Shown here piece after piece: positions 21,114 through 31,451 of a DNA stretch of 64,000 nt. A program made the position numbers and the translations under genes. Origin of the DNA: Dinghuibacter silviterrae (GTDB lineage: Bacteria; Bacteroidota; Bacteroidia; Chitinophagales; Chitinophagaceae); assembly GCF_004366355.1 (NCBI RefSeq), contig NZ_SODV01000002.1, positions 410,768-474,767 of the forward strand. The letters run 5' to 3'. Under the pieces are notes generated by a model that was not told the origin of the DNA, did no database searches, and saw only the letters and a list, made by a program, of their open reading frames with translations. Positions within the stretch are counted from its first letter, which is position 1. Every line of letters starts with the position of its first letter.

Positions 21114-21921
21114 GCTGTACTTCTGTCAGGACTCTGTCTTCCTGTTTTATTTTGGTAAGGTTGTTCTTTTGCAGGATCTCCTTGGCCAGGTTGAGGTAAT
21201 TGAGGGTCCCCTTGGACTCCGCGTCATACAGGATGACCGGTTTGCCAAAGCTGGGGGCTTCGCTGAGCCGGGTATTGCGGTGGACGATGGATTCGAAGAC
21301 GAGTTCTTCGAAGTGCCGCCGGACCTCGCTGACCACCTGGTTGCACAGCCGCAGACGGCCGTCGTACATGGTCATGAGGATCCCCTCGATGGCCAGGTCG
21401 GTGTTCAACCGGTTCTGGACGATCTTGATCGTATTGAGCAGCTTACCCAGGCCTTCCAGGGCGAAAAACTCGCACTGTACCGGGACGATCACGCTGTCGG
21501 ACGCGGTCAGCGCGTTGACCGTGATCAACCCCAGGGAAGGAGAGCAGTCGATGATGATGATGTCGTATTCATCCTTGATGGGCTCCAGGATCCCTTTCAG
21601 GACGGTTTCCCGTTGCGGGTGGTTGATCATTTCGATCTCGGCCCCGACCAGGTCGATATGGGAAGGCACCACGTCCAGGTACTGGATGTCGCTCCGGAGG
21701 ATGACGTCCTTGACCTTTGTCTCGTTGACCATGCAATCATACAGGCTCTGGGTGATGTTGTGCAGGTCAAAACCCACACCGGTGGTGCTGTTGGCCTGGG
21801 GGTCGGCGTCGACCAGCAGGGTTTTGTATTCCAACACGGCAAAACTGGCGGCCAGGTTGATCGCGGTGGTTGTTTTCCCCACGCCCCCTTTTTGATTGGC
21901 TATTCCGATGATTCTTCCCAT
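21100..21921 (-). CDS. parA: ParA/Soj chromosome partitioning ATPase
   Basis: Deviant Walker A motif KGGVGKTT. Confidence 0.9.
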   Translation of the reverse strand: MGRIIGIANQKGGVGKTTTAINLAASFAVLEYKTLLVDADPQANSTTGVGFDLHNITQSLYDCMVNETKVKDVILRSDIQYLDVVPSHIDLVGAEIEMINHPQRETVLKGILEPIKDEYDIIIIDCSPSLGLITVNALTASDSVIVPVQCEFFALEGLGKLLNTIKIVQNRLNTDLAIEGILMTMYDGRLRLCNQVVSEVRRHFEELVFESIVHRNTRLSEAPSFGKPVILYDAESKGTLNYLNLAKEILQKNNLTKIKQEDRVLTEVQHDKS

Positions 21922-21925
21922 GGTG

Positions 21926-22609
21926 CTAGAGTTTTATGGTCTGTCCTATGGCCGGCAGCTCCAGGGCAATCCCGCCCTTGGAAAAGGTCGACCTGGCTGC
22001 GTCCTTGTCGAGTTTGATATAACCGAATGTATCGTAGTGAACCCCGACCACCTTTTTGGTCTTGACCATCTGCGCCGCCCTTACGGCGTCATCCGCACCC
22101 ATCGTCAGGTCGTCGCCTATGGGCAGGACGGCAAAGTCGGGTACGACCCAGTCGGGGATGAGCTGCATGTCCAGGGTCAGGGCGGTGTCTCCGCTATAGT
22201 AAAAGTTGCCTTCGTCCGTTTTAAAGACAAATCCCACGGGGTTCCCGGCATAAGACCCGTCGGGAAAACTGCTGGAGTGCTGTGCGACGACGGTCTTGAC
22301 CGTCCCGAAGTCAAAGGTCCACTTCCCCCCCGTATTCATGTGGTGGACGTTGTCGACGCCCTGGTTTTGCATCCAGGTACAGACTTCCCACACGGCCACG
22401 ACCTTGGCCCCGGTACGGGTCGCGATGCCGGCGGCGTCCGCGACATGGTCCTGGTGTCCGTGGGACAGGAAAATATAGTCCGCCTCAATGGTATTGACAT
22501 CCACTTTGCCCTTGGCCAGTTCGTTGTAGGTGACGAACGGGTCAAACAAAATTTTTTTTCCCTTGATCTCAACCTGAAAAGTCGCGTGTCCGAAATATGT
22601 AAGGTTCAT
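21926..22609 (-). CDS. MBL-fold metal-dependent hydrolase (UPF0173-like)
   Basis: MNLTYFGHATF...FLSHGHQDH motif. Start set at the internal ATG. Confidence 0.75.
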   Translation of the reverse strand: MNLTYFGHATFQVEIKGKKILFDPFVTYNELAKGKVDVNTIEADYIFLSHGHQDHVADAAGIATRTGAKVVAVWEVCTWMQNQGVDNVHHMNTGGKWTFDFGTVKTVVAQHSSSFPDGSYAGNPVGFVFKTDEGNFYYSGDTALTLDMQLIPDWVVPDFAVLPIGDDLTMGADDAVRAAQMVKTKKVVGVHYDTFGYIKLDKDAARSTFSKGGIALELPAIGQTIKL

Positions 22610-22687
22610 AAGGGGCTTGCTGAAGCGCCAAAAATACGTTTTCAGGACAAAATTCGGCAACAATTCTCAGTATGTGCGTAATTTGCG

Positions 22688-23200
22688 ATGTTTTATATGC
22701 TGTACACCGTCATTTCCGGCACCAACAGGAAAGCCAGTAACACACAAAAAATCGCCGAAGTTTACCTTGAACTCTTGAAAGAGAAGGGGATCGAGGCGCA
22801 GTTGCTGTCCCTGGTCGGGTTAAACACCCTTGAAAGGACCCCGGAACTGGAATCTGTGGAAAAAAAATACCTGATCCCGGCCGGTAAATTTATTTTTATC
22901 GTTCCCGAATACAACGGTAGTTTTCCGGGAGTCTTAAAAGCATTGATGGACAACTCGGATATCCAAAAGGCATGGTGGGGGAAAAAAGCCCTGTTGACCG
23001 GGGTATCCACCGGCAGGGCGGGGAATCTGAGGGGAATGGAACACTTGACGGGTGTTCTCCATTATTTAAAAGTATCGGTTTATTACGACAAGCTACCCAT
23101 TTCCGTCGTCGACAGACTGCTCGACCAGGAGGGGAAGCTCACCGATCCGGCGACGCTGACGGTGGTAGGGAAACAATTGGATGAATTCATTGCTTTTTAG
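22688..23200 (+). CDS. NAD(P)H-dependent FMN reductase / flavodoxin-like oxidoreductase
   Basis: ISGTNRKASNT P-loop-like FMN-binding start typical of the NADPH-dependent FMN reductase family. Confidence 0.7.
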   Translation: MFYMLYTVISGTNRKASNTQKIAEVYLELLKEKGIEAQLLSLVGLNTLERTPELESVEKKYLIPAGKFIFIVPEYNGSFPGVLKALMDNSDIQKAWWGKKALLTGVSTGRAGNLRGMEHLTGVLHYLKVSVYYDKLPISVVDRLLDQEGKLTDPATLTVVGKQLDEFIAF

Positions 23201-23202
23201 AT

Positions 23203-24444
23203 ATGCTTGGACGTTCGACCTGGATCTTGGTAGTGCTCATGCTCCTCCTGGACACGTATGTGTTTCAGGTAGTCCGTTTTTTGACCAATGAGGCGGGGAC
23301 AAGGACACGCCTGGTGGTGGGGATCGCCTATTGGGTGGTCTCCCTGGCTGTGGCCTTTTGTATCACCATCCTTCCCTCGATGGGGGATTCCATCGCCCGG
23401 ACCTATATCATCGCCATCATCCTGGGGCTTTTGGTTGCCAAGCTCCTGGCCTGCTTCTTTTTTCTGGCGGACGACTTCCGGCGGGCGGTCCAATGGGCGG
23501 TCGGCCGGTTGTTTTTCCATCAAAACGAAGGCGAGGCCGTCGTGGGGGATAAAGTCAGCCGTTCCGCTTTCCTGAGCTGGATGGGGGTGGCTGTTGGGGG
23601 CGGTCTTTTCGGTACCCTTCTTTACGGATTCCGGAATAAATATAATTATCATGTCCGGCGGGTCGTTTTATCCTTTCCAAACCTGCCGGAAGGTTTTCAT
23701 GGTTTCAAATTCGTCCAGGTATCCGATATCCATTCCGGCAGCTTTACCAATAAGGAGGCGGTCAACCATGGCGTGGACCTGATCCTTCGGGAACAACCGG
23801 AATGTATTCTTTTTACCGGGGACCTCGTCAATGACCGGTCCCTGGAAATGGACCATTACAAGGACGTGTTTAGCCGGCTGCAGGCACCCATGGGGGTCTT
23901 TTCCACCTTAGGCAACCATGATTATGGCGACTACGCCTGGTGGCCTTCGGACGAGGCGAAACGGGAGAACCTCGAACGCCTCAAGGGCATCCACGGGGAA
24001 ATGGGCTGGCGCTTGCTGATGAACGAACACGTGGCGTTGAAACGGGGCGGAGACGACATCGCCCTTTTGGGGATCGAAAACTGGAGCGCCAAGGCCCGGT
24101 TTCCCAAACACGGGCGGATGGACCTGGCTTACCCCGGTTCGGAACGGTATCCGTTTAAGATCCTGATGAGCCACGACCCCTCCCATTGGAATGCCCAGGT
24201 CAGGCCGGCCTATCCCGATATAGACCTGACCCTGTCGGGGCACACGCATGGGATGCAGTTTGGGGTGGAGCTCCCGGGTTTTAAATGGAGCCCCGTGGAA
24301 TATGTTTATAAAGAATGGGCCGGTTTGTATGAAGAGGGGCGGCAGAAGCTGTATGTAAACCGGGGTTTCGGTTTTCTCGGCTACCCTGGCAGGGTAGGGA
24401 TCTTGCCGGAAATTACCGTATTCGAACTACAAAAAAGTTCATGA
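23203..24444 (+). CDS. membrane-anchored metallophosphoesterase (calcineurin-like)
   Basis: Four or five N-terminal TM helices. Then VSDIHSG, GDLVND, GNHDY and GHTHG phosphoesterase motifs. Confidence 0.85.
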   Translation: MLGRSTWILVVLMLLLDTYVFQVVRFLTNEAGTRTRLVVGIAYWVVSLAVAFCITILPSMGDSIARTYIIAIILGLLVAKLLACFFFLADDFRRAVQWAVGRLFFHQNEGEAVVGDKVSRSAFLSWMGVAVGGGLFGTLLYGFRNKYNYHVRRVVLSFPNLPEGFHGFKFVQVSDIHSGSFTNKEAVNHGVDLILREQPECILFTGDLVNDRSLEMDHYKDVFSRLQAPMGVFSTLGNHDYGDYAWWPSDEAKRENLERLKGIHGEMGWRLLMNEHVALKRGGDDIALLGIENWSAKARFPKHGRMDLAYPGSERYPFKILMSHDPSHWNAQVRPAYPDIDLTLSGHTHGMQFGVELPGFKWSPVEYVYKEWAGLYEEGRQKLYVNRGFGFLGYPGRVGILPEITVFELQKSS

Positions 24445-25469
24445 GGGCGGCGTACATTTTAATCCTTTGCGTGGTCATGCCCACGCTGGCAGGCGCCCAG
24501 GTGGTGGACACAGCCCGGCGGGACACGATCCCACCGGCCGTGGATACCGGCCGGCAGATCACCGCCGCCTATGTGGATTCGCTGATGTCCGACGACAGCC
24601 TCATGAAGGACCTGAGCGCCTTTATCGATTCTTTGTCGAGGCCCAAAACGCTCCTGGCTATAGAGCTGGGTGTCGGGAATGGTTTTTTTACCACCAAAAG
24701 CGCCACCGCCGCAACGGGGTATACGACCAAAACCTTTCTAAACCCTTCCGTCTCGTACCTCCACAAAAGCGGCTTTGGGATATCGGCCGCGGCGTATGCC
24801 ACCGAGGATCAGGGTATGTGGACGGTGTACCAGGGCGCCATTACCCCTTCTTTCGACATCGGCCGGCGCCACTGGGCGGCGGGTATTTCCTATACCCGGT
24901 ATTTTAATAAGGACTCCATATCGTTTGGCGTGAGCCCTCTCAGGAACGACGTCTATCTTTACGGTGTCTTTAAGAAATACTGGCTGGAACCGGGGTTGGC
25001 GTTTGACTGGACGTTCGATATGTACCAGTTGGAGACGATTATCCAGCCGACGGCCTATCCACCAAATAACAGGTTGGATACGTTTGCCAACAATATTTAT
25101 GCGCATGTGTTTGCGGGCATCTTTACACTCCAGCACGATTTTGAATGGTTCGGGCTTTTCAATAAGAACGACCATTTTGCTTTTACCCCGACCTTAATGA
25201 CGCTGGCGGACGCCTCTAACTATAATATTTCCGTCTCCCGTGTCCAAAAGGATGGCGGAAAGTCCAAAAGCAAGCTCCAGGCATTGAGAGAGCCCAAGCA
25301 AACCACGCCGGTTACCTTCGAGTCCATCTCCGCCCTCCTGAATGGCGTATACACCTACAAACATTTTTTGATCTCCCCACAGGTTCTGGCGACTTATTTC
25401 CTCAACGCCAGCACTGGGGTGCAACCCTTCCGGGTATCCTATCTTTTCAATATAGGTTTGGTATTTTAA
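24441..25469 (+). CDS. hypothetical outer-membrane/exported protein
   Basis: Signal peptide MRAAYILILCVVMPTLAGAQ. Composition rich in alternating aromatic residues, consistent with a beta-barrel. C-terminal F. Confidence 0.55.
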   Translation: MRAAYILILCVVMPTLAGAQVVDTARRDTIPPAVDTGRQITAAYVDSLMSDDSLMKDLSAFIDSLSRPKTLLAIELGVGNGFFTTKSATAATGYTTKTFLNPSVSYLHKSGFGISAAAYATEDQGMWTVYQGAITPSFDIGRRHWAAGISYTRYFNKDSISFGVSPLRNDVYLYGVFKKYWLEPGLAFDWTFDMYQLETIIQPTAYPPNNRLDTFANNIYAHVFAGIFTLQHDFEWFGLFNKNDHFAFTPTLMTLADASNYNISVSRVQKDGGKSKSKLQALREPKQTTPVTFESISALLNGVYTYKHFLISPQVLATYFLNASTGVQPFRVSYLFNIGLVF

Positions 25470-25529
25470 TTGCATAGGTGTACTAAATGGACGTCTTTGT
25501 CCGTTATTATTTATTTAAAATCAGACTCA

Positions 25530-26141
25530 ATGAAAAAACTAGTTGCACTACTCGTCGTTGTGTCCGGCATTCACGCCGGTGCTTCCGCCCAAAGCTTCCA
25601 CCTGGGGGCTACCTTGGGCGACAACCTGAGCAAGATCAATGGTACTTCCTTTAACACCGCGTTCAAATCGGGTTTTCTCGCCGGTGCTTATGCACAGATC
25701 CGTATCGGCAGCCACTGGGGGATTCAGCCCGAGGTCCTGTTCATCCAAAGCAATACCAAGACCGATTCGTCGTTTAACCAGATCTACAGCAGCGTGGCAG
25801 CAAATCCCGGCCAGCTCAAGGATGTTCACCTGAACTACCTCGGCATTCCCGTCCTGCTGACCTACCGCATCCTGAAGATCATCGACCTCCAGGCCGGTCC
25901 CCAGTTCGGTATTTTGCTGAACAACGATAAGACGCTGCTCCAGAACGGACAGACCGCCTTCAAAGGTGGCGATGTCACGATCCTGACGGGGGCTGAAGTC
26001 CATATTCTGCGTCTGAGGGTGTATGCCCGTTATGGCTGGGGCCTTGGCAACATCAACAATATCAGCGCATCCGACGCTACGAAATCGGATACCTGGAAGA
26101 ACCAGAGCATACAGCTCGGTCTCGGGATTAATATTCTTTAA
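25530..26141 (+). CDS. outer-membrane beta-barrel protein (OmpA-like TM / PorT-family-like)
   Basis: Signal peptide MKKLVALLVVVSGIHAGASAQ. Short amphipathic strands. Ends with GLGINIL. Confidence 0.6.
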   Translation: MKKLVALLVVVSGIHAGASAQSFHLGATLGDNLSKINGTSFNTAFKSGFLAGAYAQIRIGSHWGIQPEVLFIQSNTKTDSSFNQIYSSVAANPGQLKDVHLNYLGIPVLLTYRILKIIDLQAGPQFGILLNNDKTLLQNGQTAFKGGDVTILTGAEVHILRLRVYARYGWGLGNINNISASDATKSDTWKNQSIQLGLGINIL

Positions 26142-26202
26142 TGTTGTATTCAACCCAGCGGGTCCGTGGTGGACCGCGTATGTAGATTTGGGGGCGTCCA
26201 GA

Positions 26203-26224
26203 GAGGGGGCGCCCCTCTTTTTTT
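26203..26224 (+). terminator. intrinsic terminator (agagggggcgcccctct followed by a T-run)
   Basis: GC hairpin plus a T7 run, 60 nt after the outer-membrane barrel gene. Confidence 0.7.
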
Positions 26225-26362
26225 AGCCATGGTTTTTGGCCCCGTTCTTGGGCTTTATGCTCCTCGGCCCTTTTACAACCAAAAGTGGGTGGATTTGTGA
26301 CATATTGACTAACATTGACGTGTATGATCATTTCTGAATTTTTTACCTCTCCGGACAACGAA

Positions 26363-28726
26363 ATGGAATTCCTGCCGATCATCCCGTTGGGGGAACCGGA
26401 CGGCGAAAAGGAGGATGAACTGGAGATCCCGGAGGAGTTACCTTTGTTACCACTAAGAAACACGGTTCTTTTTCCCGGGATCGTGCTACCCATCACCGTT
26501 GGCCGCGACAAAAGCATAAAGGCCGTCAACGATGCCTATAAAACTGACAAATTGGTAGGTGTTCTCGCGCAAAAAGACAGTACTGTCGAAGACCCCGCCA
26601 TCCAGGACCTGGAAAACGTGGGTACCGTGGCCAAGGTCATCAAGCTCATCAAAATGCCCGACGGCGGCACGACCGTCATCATCCAGGGGCGCAAACGATT
26701 TTCCGTACGGGAATTTACCCGGGAGGAGCCCTATTTCAGGGCCACCATCCAGCTCCTGGAGGAACAAACCCTGACCCGGGACCAGGAATTCGAGGCCACG
26801 GTCAGTTCCATTAAGGACCTGGCCGGGCAGATCATCCAGCTCTCGCCCAACCTGCCCTCGGAGGCCGCGGTGATCATGCGGAACATCGAAAACCCCGCCT
26901 TTTTGATCCACTTTGTCTCTTCCAACCTCAATAATGAACTTCCGGAAAAGCAAAAGTTGCTGGAAGTCAATGATTTGGAAGAGAGGGCGGCGTTGCTTTT
27001 GAACTACCTGAACCGGGAACTCCAGTTTGCGGAACTCAAAAACCAGGTCACCAAAAAGACAAAGGCCGAGCTGGACAAACAGCAACGCGAGTATTTCCTC
27101 CAGCAACAAATGAAAAGCATCAAGGAAGAGCTGGGTGGAGATACCAACGAGCGGGAAATCAAGGAAATGCAAAAACGGGCCGAGACCAAGCAGTGGCCCC
27201 AGGCCGCCAAAGAGGCTTTTTTCAAAGGAATCGAACGGCTCGAAAGGATGCACCCCAGCACCCCTGATTACTCGGTGGTTTTCAACCACCTGGACCTGCT
27301 CCTCGACCTGCCCTGGGGCGAGCATACCGAGGACGCGTACGACTTGCGGAAGGCCAAAAAGGTGTTGGATGACGACCACTATGGCATGGCCAAAATCAAG
27401 GAACGCATCCTGGAATACCTGGCCGTCCTCCAGCTCAAGGGCGACATGAAAAGCCCCATCCTTTGTTTTGTGGGCCCTCCCGGGATCGGCAAAACCTCGC
27501 TGGGCCGCAGTATCGCGAGCGCGATCGGCCGTAAATACGTCCGGCTTTCCCTTGGCGGCCTGCACGATGAAAGCGAGATCCGCGGTCACCGGAAAACCTA
27601 TATCGGCGCCATGCCCGGACGGATCATCCAGGCCCTGCGCAAGGTCAAGACGTCGAACCCCGTGATGATCCTCGACGAAATCGACAAGATCGGCAAAGAC
27701 TTCAGGGGCGATCCCAGCAGTGCCTTGCTGGAAGTCCTGGATCCCGAACAAAACCATACTTTTTACGACAACTACCTGGAACTCGAATACGACCTGTCCA
27801 AGGTCCTTTTCATCGCCACGGCCAACTCCATGAGCGAGATCCAGCCCGCCCTCCGCGACCGCCTGGAGATCATCGAACTCAGCGGATACGCCGTGGAGGA
27901 AAAAATAGAGATTGCGCGGCGCCATCTTTTCCCTAAGGAACAAGAGGCCCACGGGCTCAAAAAAGTAGACCTGAAAGTGGGGCCTAAGGTCCTGGAAAAA
28001 GTGATCGAGGAATACACCCGCGAAAGCGGCGTCCGCGAGCTCGACCGCCAGCTGGCGGCCATTATGCGTTCCCTGGCAAAAACCTATGCGCTCTCCGGAA
28101 AGTTGAAACAGACGTTGACCGGACAGGACATCGCGCGGATACTCGGCAAACCACGATACAACAACGAACTCTATAAGACGGCCCAGCTCCCCGGTGTCGC
28201 CGTCGGTCTTGCCTGGACGTACGTGGGCGGGGATATCCTCTTTATCGAAACCCTGTTGAGCGACGGCAAAGGGGAACTCAAACTGACCGGCAACCTCGGC
28301 AACGTGATGAAAGAAAGCGCCAGCACGGCCCTCAGCTACCTCCAAGGCAACGCTAGGAAATATAATATTGATCCTGAATTATTTACAAGGAAAAATATCC
28401 ACATCCACGTCCCCGAAGGCGCCGTCCCAAAGGACGGACCCAGCGCCGGTATTACGATGTTCACCTCCCTCGTGAGCGCGTTTTCCGGTCACAAGGTCAA
28501 GCCCTACCTCGCCATGACGGGTGAAATCACCCTGCGCGGACAAGTGCTGCCCGTCGGGGGCATCAAAGAAAAAGTTTTGGCAGCTAAACGGGCTGGAATA
28601 AAAGAATTAATTTTATGCTGGCAGAACGAAAGAGACGTCGCAGATATTAATTCCGAATTTATCGGCGGTATGCAGTTCCACTATGTCAAAACCATGCAAC
28701 AAGTCCTTGATATAGCGTTGAATTAA
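26363..28726 (+). CDS. lon: ATP-dependent Lon protease (endopeptidase La)
   Basis: LON N-domain. AAA+ Walker A GPPGIGKTS. Protease domain with catalytic PKDGPSAGIT (Ser) and Lys. Start could also be 26315. Confidence 0.9.
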   Translation: MEFLPIIPLGEPDGEKEDELEIPEELPLLPLRNTVLFPGIVLPITVGRDKSIKAVNDAYKTDKLVGVLAQKDSTVEDPAIQDLENVGTVAKVIKLIKMPDGGTTVIIQGRKRFSVREFTREEPYFRATIQLLEEQTLTRDQEFEATVSSIKDLAGQIIQLSPNLPSEAAVIMRNIENPAFLIHFVSSNLNNELPEKQKLLEVNDLEERAALLLNYLNRELQFAELKNQVTKKTKAELDKQQREYFLQQQMKSIKEELGGDTNEREIKEMQKRAETKQWPQAAKEAFFKGIERLERMHPSTPDYSVVFNHLDLLLDLPWGEHTEDAYDLRKAKKVLDDDHYGMAKIKERILEYLAVLQLKGDMKSPILCFVGPPGIGKTSLGRSIASAIGRKYVRLSLGGLHDESEIRGHRKTYIGAMPGRIIQALRKVKTSNPVMILDEIDKIGKDFRGDPSSALLEVLDPEQNHTFYDNYLELEYDLSKVLFIATANSMSEIQPALRDRLEIIELSGYAVEEKIEIARRHLFPKEQEAHGLKKVDLKVGPKVLEKVIEEYTRESGVRELDRQLAAIMRSLAKTYALSGKLKQTLTGQDIARILGKPRYNNELYKTAQLPGVAVGLAWTYVGGDILFIETLLSDGKGELKLTGNLGNVMKESASTALSYLQGNARKYNIDPELFTRKNIHIHVPEGAVPKDGPSAGITMFTSLVSAFSGHKVKPYLAMTGEITLRGQVLPVGGIKEKVLAAKRAGIKELILCWQNERDVADINSEFIGGMQFHYVKTMQQVLDIALN

Positions 28727-28872
28727 GGAATTTTAATGTCGTTCATTTATGAAAAAATAACAAAATAAATCATATTAATTGGTTTGATTGTTGTTAATAT
28801 TGTTACTCAGAAAATTTTTCATGTTGGTTGTTTTAAGGGTTAAAGAGATTCCCCCATTTCTATGGGGGAATG

Positions 28873-28932
28873 TGCTTTTAGGGGGCGGAACAACCTATGG
28901 AAATTTAGGTTGTTCCGCCCCCTAAAAGCACC
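28873..28932. repeat. perfect inverted repeat: 25-bp arms around a 10-nt loop
   Basis: gtgcttttagggggcggaacaacct | atggaaattt | aggttgttccgccccctaaaagcac. Flanked by two further G5/C5 hairpins (28848..28871 and 28948..28972). Confidence 0.9.
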
Positions 28933-29161
28933 GTCTTATGCGTCGCGACAAAGGGGGACCCATGGTCCCCCTTTGTAATCCCCTCCTTTTTGTAGGCTTG
29001 TTCACTATTGGGGCTTCGCCCCGGACCCCTTCGATTCTCGACGTGCCGCGGATTTGCCCCGGACCCCTTCGGTTTTCGGCTCGCCCCGGCCTCCGTGAGG
29101 GGTTTTGCTTTTTAGGCGCGTCCCCGCACGCTACATCGGGCGGGTTGCGGTACATTTGGAG

Positions 29162-30226
29162 ATGAACTTGAAACGGGCGGTCTTTCAGACGGTTATAGCG
29201 GTCGCGGTGCTGGCGGGTGGCGGCGGCGTGGTGAGCGCGCAGACGTTGGGAGGACAGGCGGTGTTTACGTTTTTGAATGAAGGGGCGGGGCCGCAGGTGA
29301 ATGCGCTGGGGGGGGTGAATGTATCGAATGCGGGGGATGATGTGATGATGGCGTTTGCGCAGCCGGCGTTGTTGAGGGATTCCATGCACTTGCAGATGGG
29401 GGCTTCGATCAATGCGCAGTATGCGGGGATCGATGACTATCATTGGATGCTGGCGTACCACCACGCGGGGTTGGGGATGAACTTTGCGCTCGGGGGGATG
29501 TTTGTGGATTATGGGAGCATTACGGAGACGGATCCTTCGGGGAATATATTGGGGCAGTTCCGGCCGCACGATTATGATGTACAGGGGACGGTGGCGGGGA
29601 GGTACCTCGACCGGTGGTATTACGGGTTTACGTTAAAATTTATCGGGTCGGACCTGGGACCTTACCGGAGCAGCGGGATCGCGGGAGACGTGGGGTTGAA
29701 CTACCAGATCGGCGAGCGGGGATGGCAATTCGGTTTGACGGCGGTGAATATGGGGACGCAGCTGAAGAGCTTTGAAGGGTCGGGGAAAGAGGAGTTGCCG
29801 TTTGATTTGCGGGCCGGTGTATCGAAACGGCTTTTGAAGGCGCCCTTTCAGTTTTCGCTGACGCTGGTGCACCTCCACCAATGGAACCTGGACTATGCGG
29901 ATTCCGCCTTTAATGCACAGACCGGGGCCGTTACGAAAACGGGTTTCGGACATAAACTGATGGAGCACGTCATTCTGGGCGCACAGCTCTTTGCGTCCAA
30001 ATACATAGAAGTCTCTTTGGGGTATAATTATCTTCTCCGGCAGGAGTTGTCGGTGGCGAGCACGTCCAACGGGTTGACGGGGGTCTCCTTCGGGGTGGGG
30101 GTGTTGCTGCCGCAGATCACCTTTCGCTACGCGCGGACGGCGTACCAGTTGAATACGGGGTATAACCAGGTGGGGTTGGGGGTGCCGCTGGAGCGGTATG
30201 TGGGGGGGAGGAAAAAAGCATCATGA
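29162..30226 (+). CDS. PorQ-like outer-membrane beta-barrel protein (T9SS-associated PorV/PorQ family)
   Basis: Signal peptide MNLKRAVFQTVIAVAVLAGGGGVVSAQ. Gly-rich amphipathic strands and an overall pattern like PorQ. Start set at the internal ATG. Confidence 0.6.
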   Translation: MNLKRAVFQTVIAVAVLAGGGGVVSAQTLGGQAVFTFLNEGAGPQVNALGGVNVSNAGDDVMMAFAQPALLRDSMHLQMGASINAQYAGIDDYHWMLAYHHAGLGMNFALGGMFVDYGSITETDPSGNILGQFRPHDYDVQGTVAGRYLDRWYYGFTLKFIGSDLGPYRSSGIAGDVGLNYQIGERGWQFGLTAVNMGTQLKSFEGSGKEELPFDLRAGVSKRLLKAPFQFSLTLVHLHQWNLDYADSAFNAQTGAVTKTGFGHKLMEHVILGAQLFASKYIEVSLGYNYLLRQELSVASTSNGLTGVSFGVGVLLPQITFRYARTAYQLNTGYNQVGLGVPLERYVGGRKKAS

Positions 30227-30321
30227 TGCGGTGAATAGAAGGATTAATTGCCGCAAATTTGCGGTGATTGTATGTGTTTGCGGCGAAAAATTGCTATATT
30301 CACCGCATAATTGCGGAGATT

Positions 30322-31419
30322 ATGTACCTATATCAGCATAAGGGCTGGCCAAAATTTACCTGGGATGCGGACGCCATTCTCCCCAAAGTTGGGGTAGTGC
30401 GGCACCGTCAGGGTAAAATATTAGGAGAGATGCAGGCTGTTGGCTTCAAGGTTCGGGAAGATGCGTTGCTGAACACATTGACCTTGGACGTAACAAAATC
30501 GAGCGAAATAGAGGGAGAGCGATTGAATACCGCCCAAGTGCGTTCTTCCATCGCAAAGCGCCTTGGAATAGATATAGCCGGTGCGGTTCCGGTGGATCGT
30601 CACGTGGAGGGTGTGGTGGAGATGATGTTGGATGCCACCCAACGGTTTGAGGAAGTAATGACGGAGGATCGTTTGTTTGGATGGCATGCGGCGCTCTTTC
30701 CTACAGGAAGGAGTGGGATGCATAAAATCACTGTCGGTAATTGGCGGACTCCGGAAGGTGGGCCGATGCAAGTCGTTTCAGGTGCTATGGGACGGGAAAC
30801 GATACATTTCGAAGCGCCCGGAGCCGAGCAGGTTCCATTAGAAATGAGACGTTTTCTCGATTGGTTCAATCGTGCTCCGGATACCGACCCGGTTCTCAAA
30901 GCTGGCATTGCCCATCTTTGGTTCGTCACTATTCACCCCTTTGACGATGGTAATGGGCGTATAACGCGCGCCTTGACAGACATGCTCCTGGCTAGGGCAG
31001 ATCGAAGCCCGCAGCGATTTTATAGCATATCAGCACAGATCCTGAAGGAAAAGGAAATGTATTATCATTTATTGGAGGATTCCCAGAAAGGGAGCTTGGA
31101 TATAACAGCATGGTTGCTATGGTTCCTGGATTGCCTTTATCACGCCATGGATAGTACGGAAGAGGTTTTATCCGGAGTATTTACGAGACAGCGATTCTAC
31201 GAGAAACATCGGGATATACCGTTGAACGAGCGACAGCAAAAGATGGTTGCCCATCTGCTGGATGGATTCTTTGGAAAGCTAACTACTTCCAAATGGGCAA
31301 AGATGACAAAATGTTCGGACGATACTGCTTTAAGGGATATACAAGACCTGATGGAAAAAGGAATTCTGGTCAAAGAGCCAGGTGGGGGGCGAAGCACCAG
31401 TTATACATTAGCTACATAA
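30322..31419 (+). CDS. Fic family protein (AMPylation-type Fic/Doc fold)
   Basis: Canonical Fic motif IHPFDDGNGRITRAL (HPFx[DE]GNGR). C-terminal wHTH-like segment. Confidence 0.88.
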   Translation: MYLYQHKGWPKFTWDADAILPKVGVVRHRQGKILGEMQAVGFKVREDALLNTLTLDVTKSSEIEGERLNTAQVRSSIAKRLGIDIAGAVPVDRHVEGVVEMMLDATQRFEEVMTEDRLFGWHAALFPTGRSGMHKITVGNWRTPEGGPMQVVSGAMGRETIHFEAPGAEQVPLEMRRFLDWFNRAPDTDPVLKAGIAHLWFVTIHPFDDGNGRITRALTDMLLARADRSPQRFYSISAQILKEKEMYYHLLEDSQKGSLDITAWLLWFLDCLYHAMDSTEEVLSGVFTRQRFYEKHRDIPLNERQQKMVAHLLDGFFGKLTTSKWAKMTKCSDDTALRDIQDLMEKGILVKEPGGGRSTSYTLAT

Positions 31420-31451
31420 AAAATACCCGGCGCCTTGAGGGCCGGGTATTA

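Noticed and set aside
20776-22017. 413-aa plus-strand ORF spanning parB/parA on the opposite strand
   Set aside because: parA (KGGVGKTT) and parB motifs are clear on the minus strand. The plus frame is featureless.
26486-28345. 619-aa ORF antisense to lon
   Set aside because: The opposite strand carries a full Lon protease with Walker A and a catalytic Ser. The antisense frame is low-complexity.
28922-29569. 215-aa Arg/Pro-rich minus-strand ORF over the hairpin cluster and the PorQ-like N-terminus
   Set aside because: Extreme Arg/Pro/His composition. It overlaps a well-formed signal-peptide-bearing plus-strand gene and is a GC-rich frame artefact.
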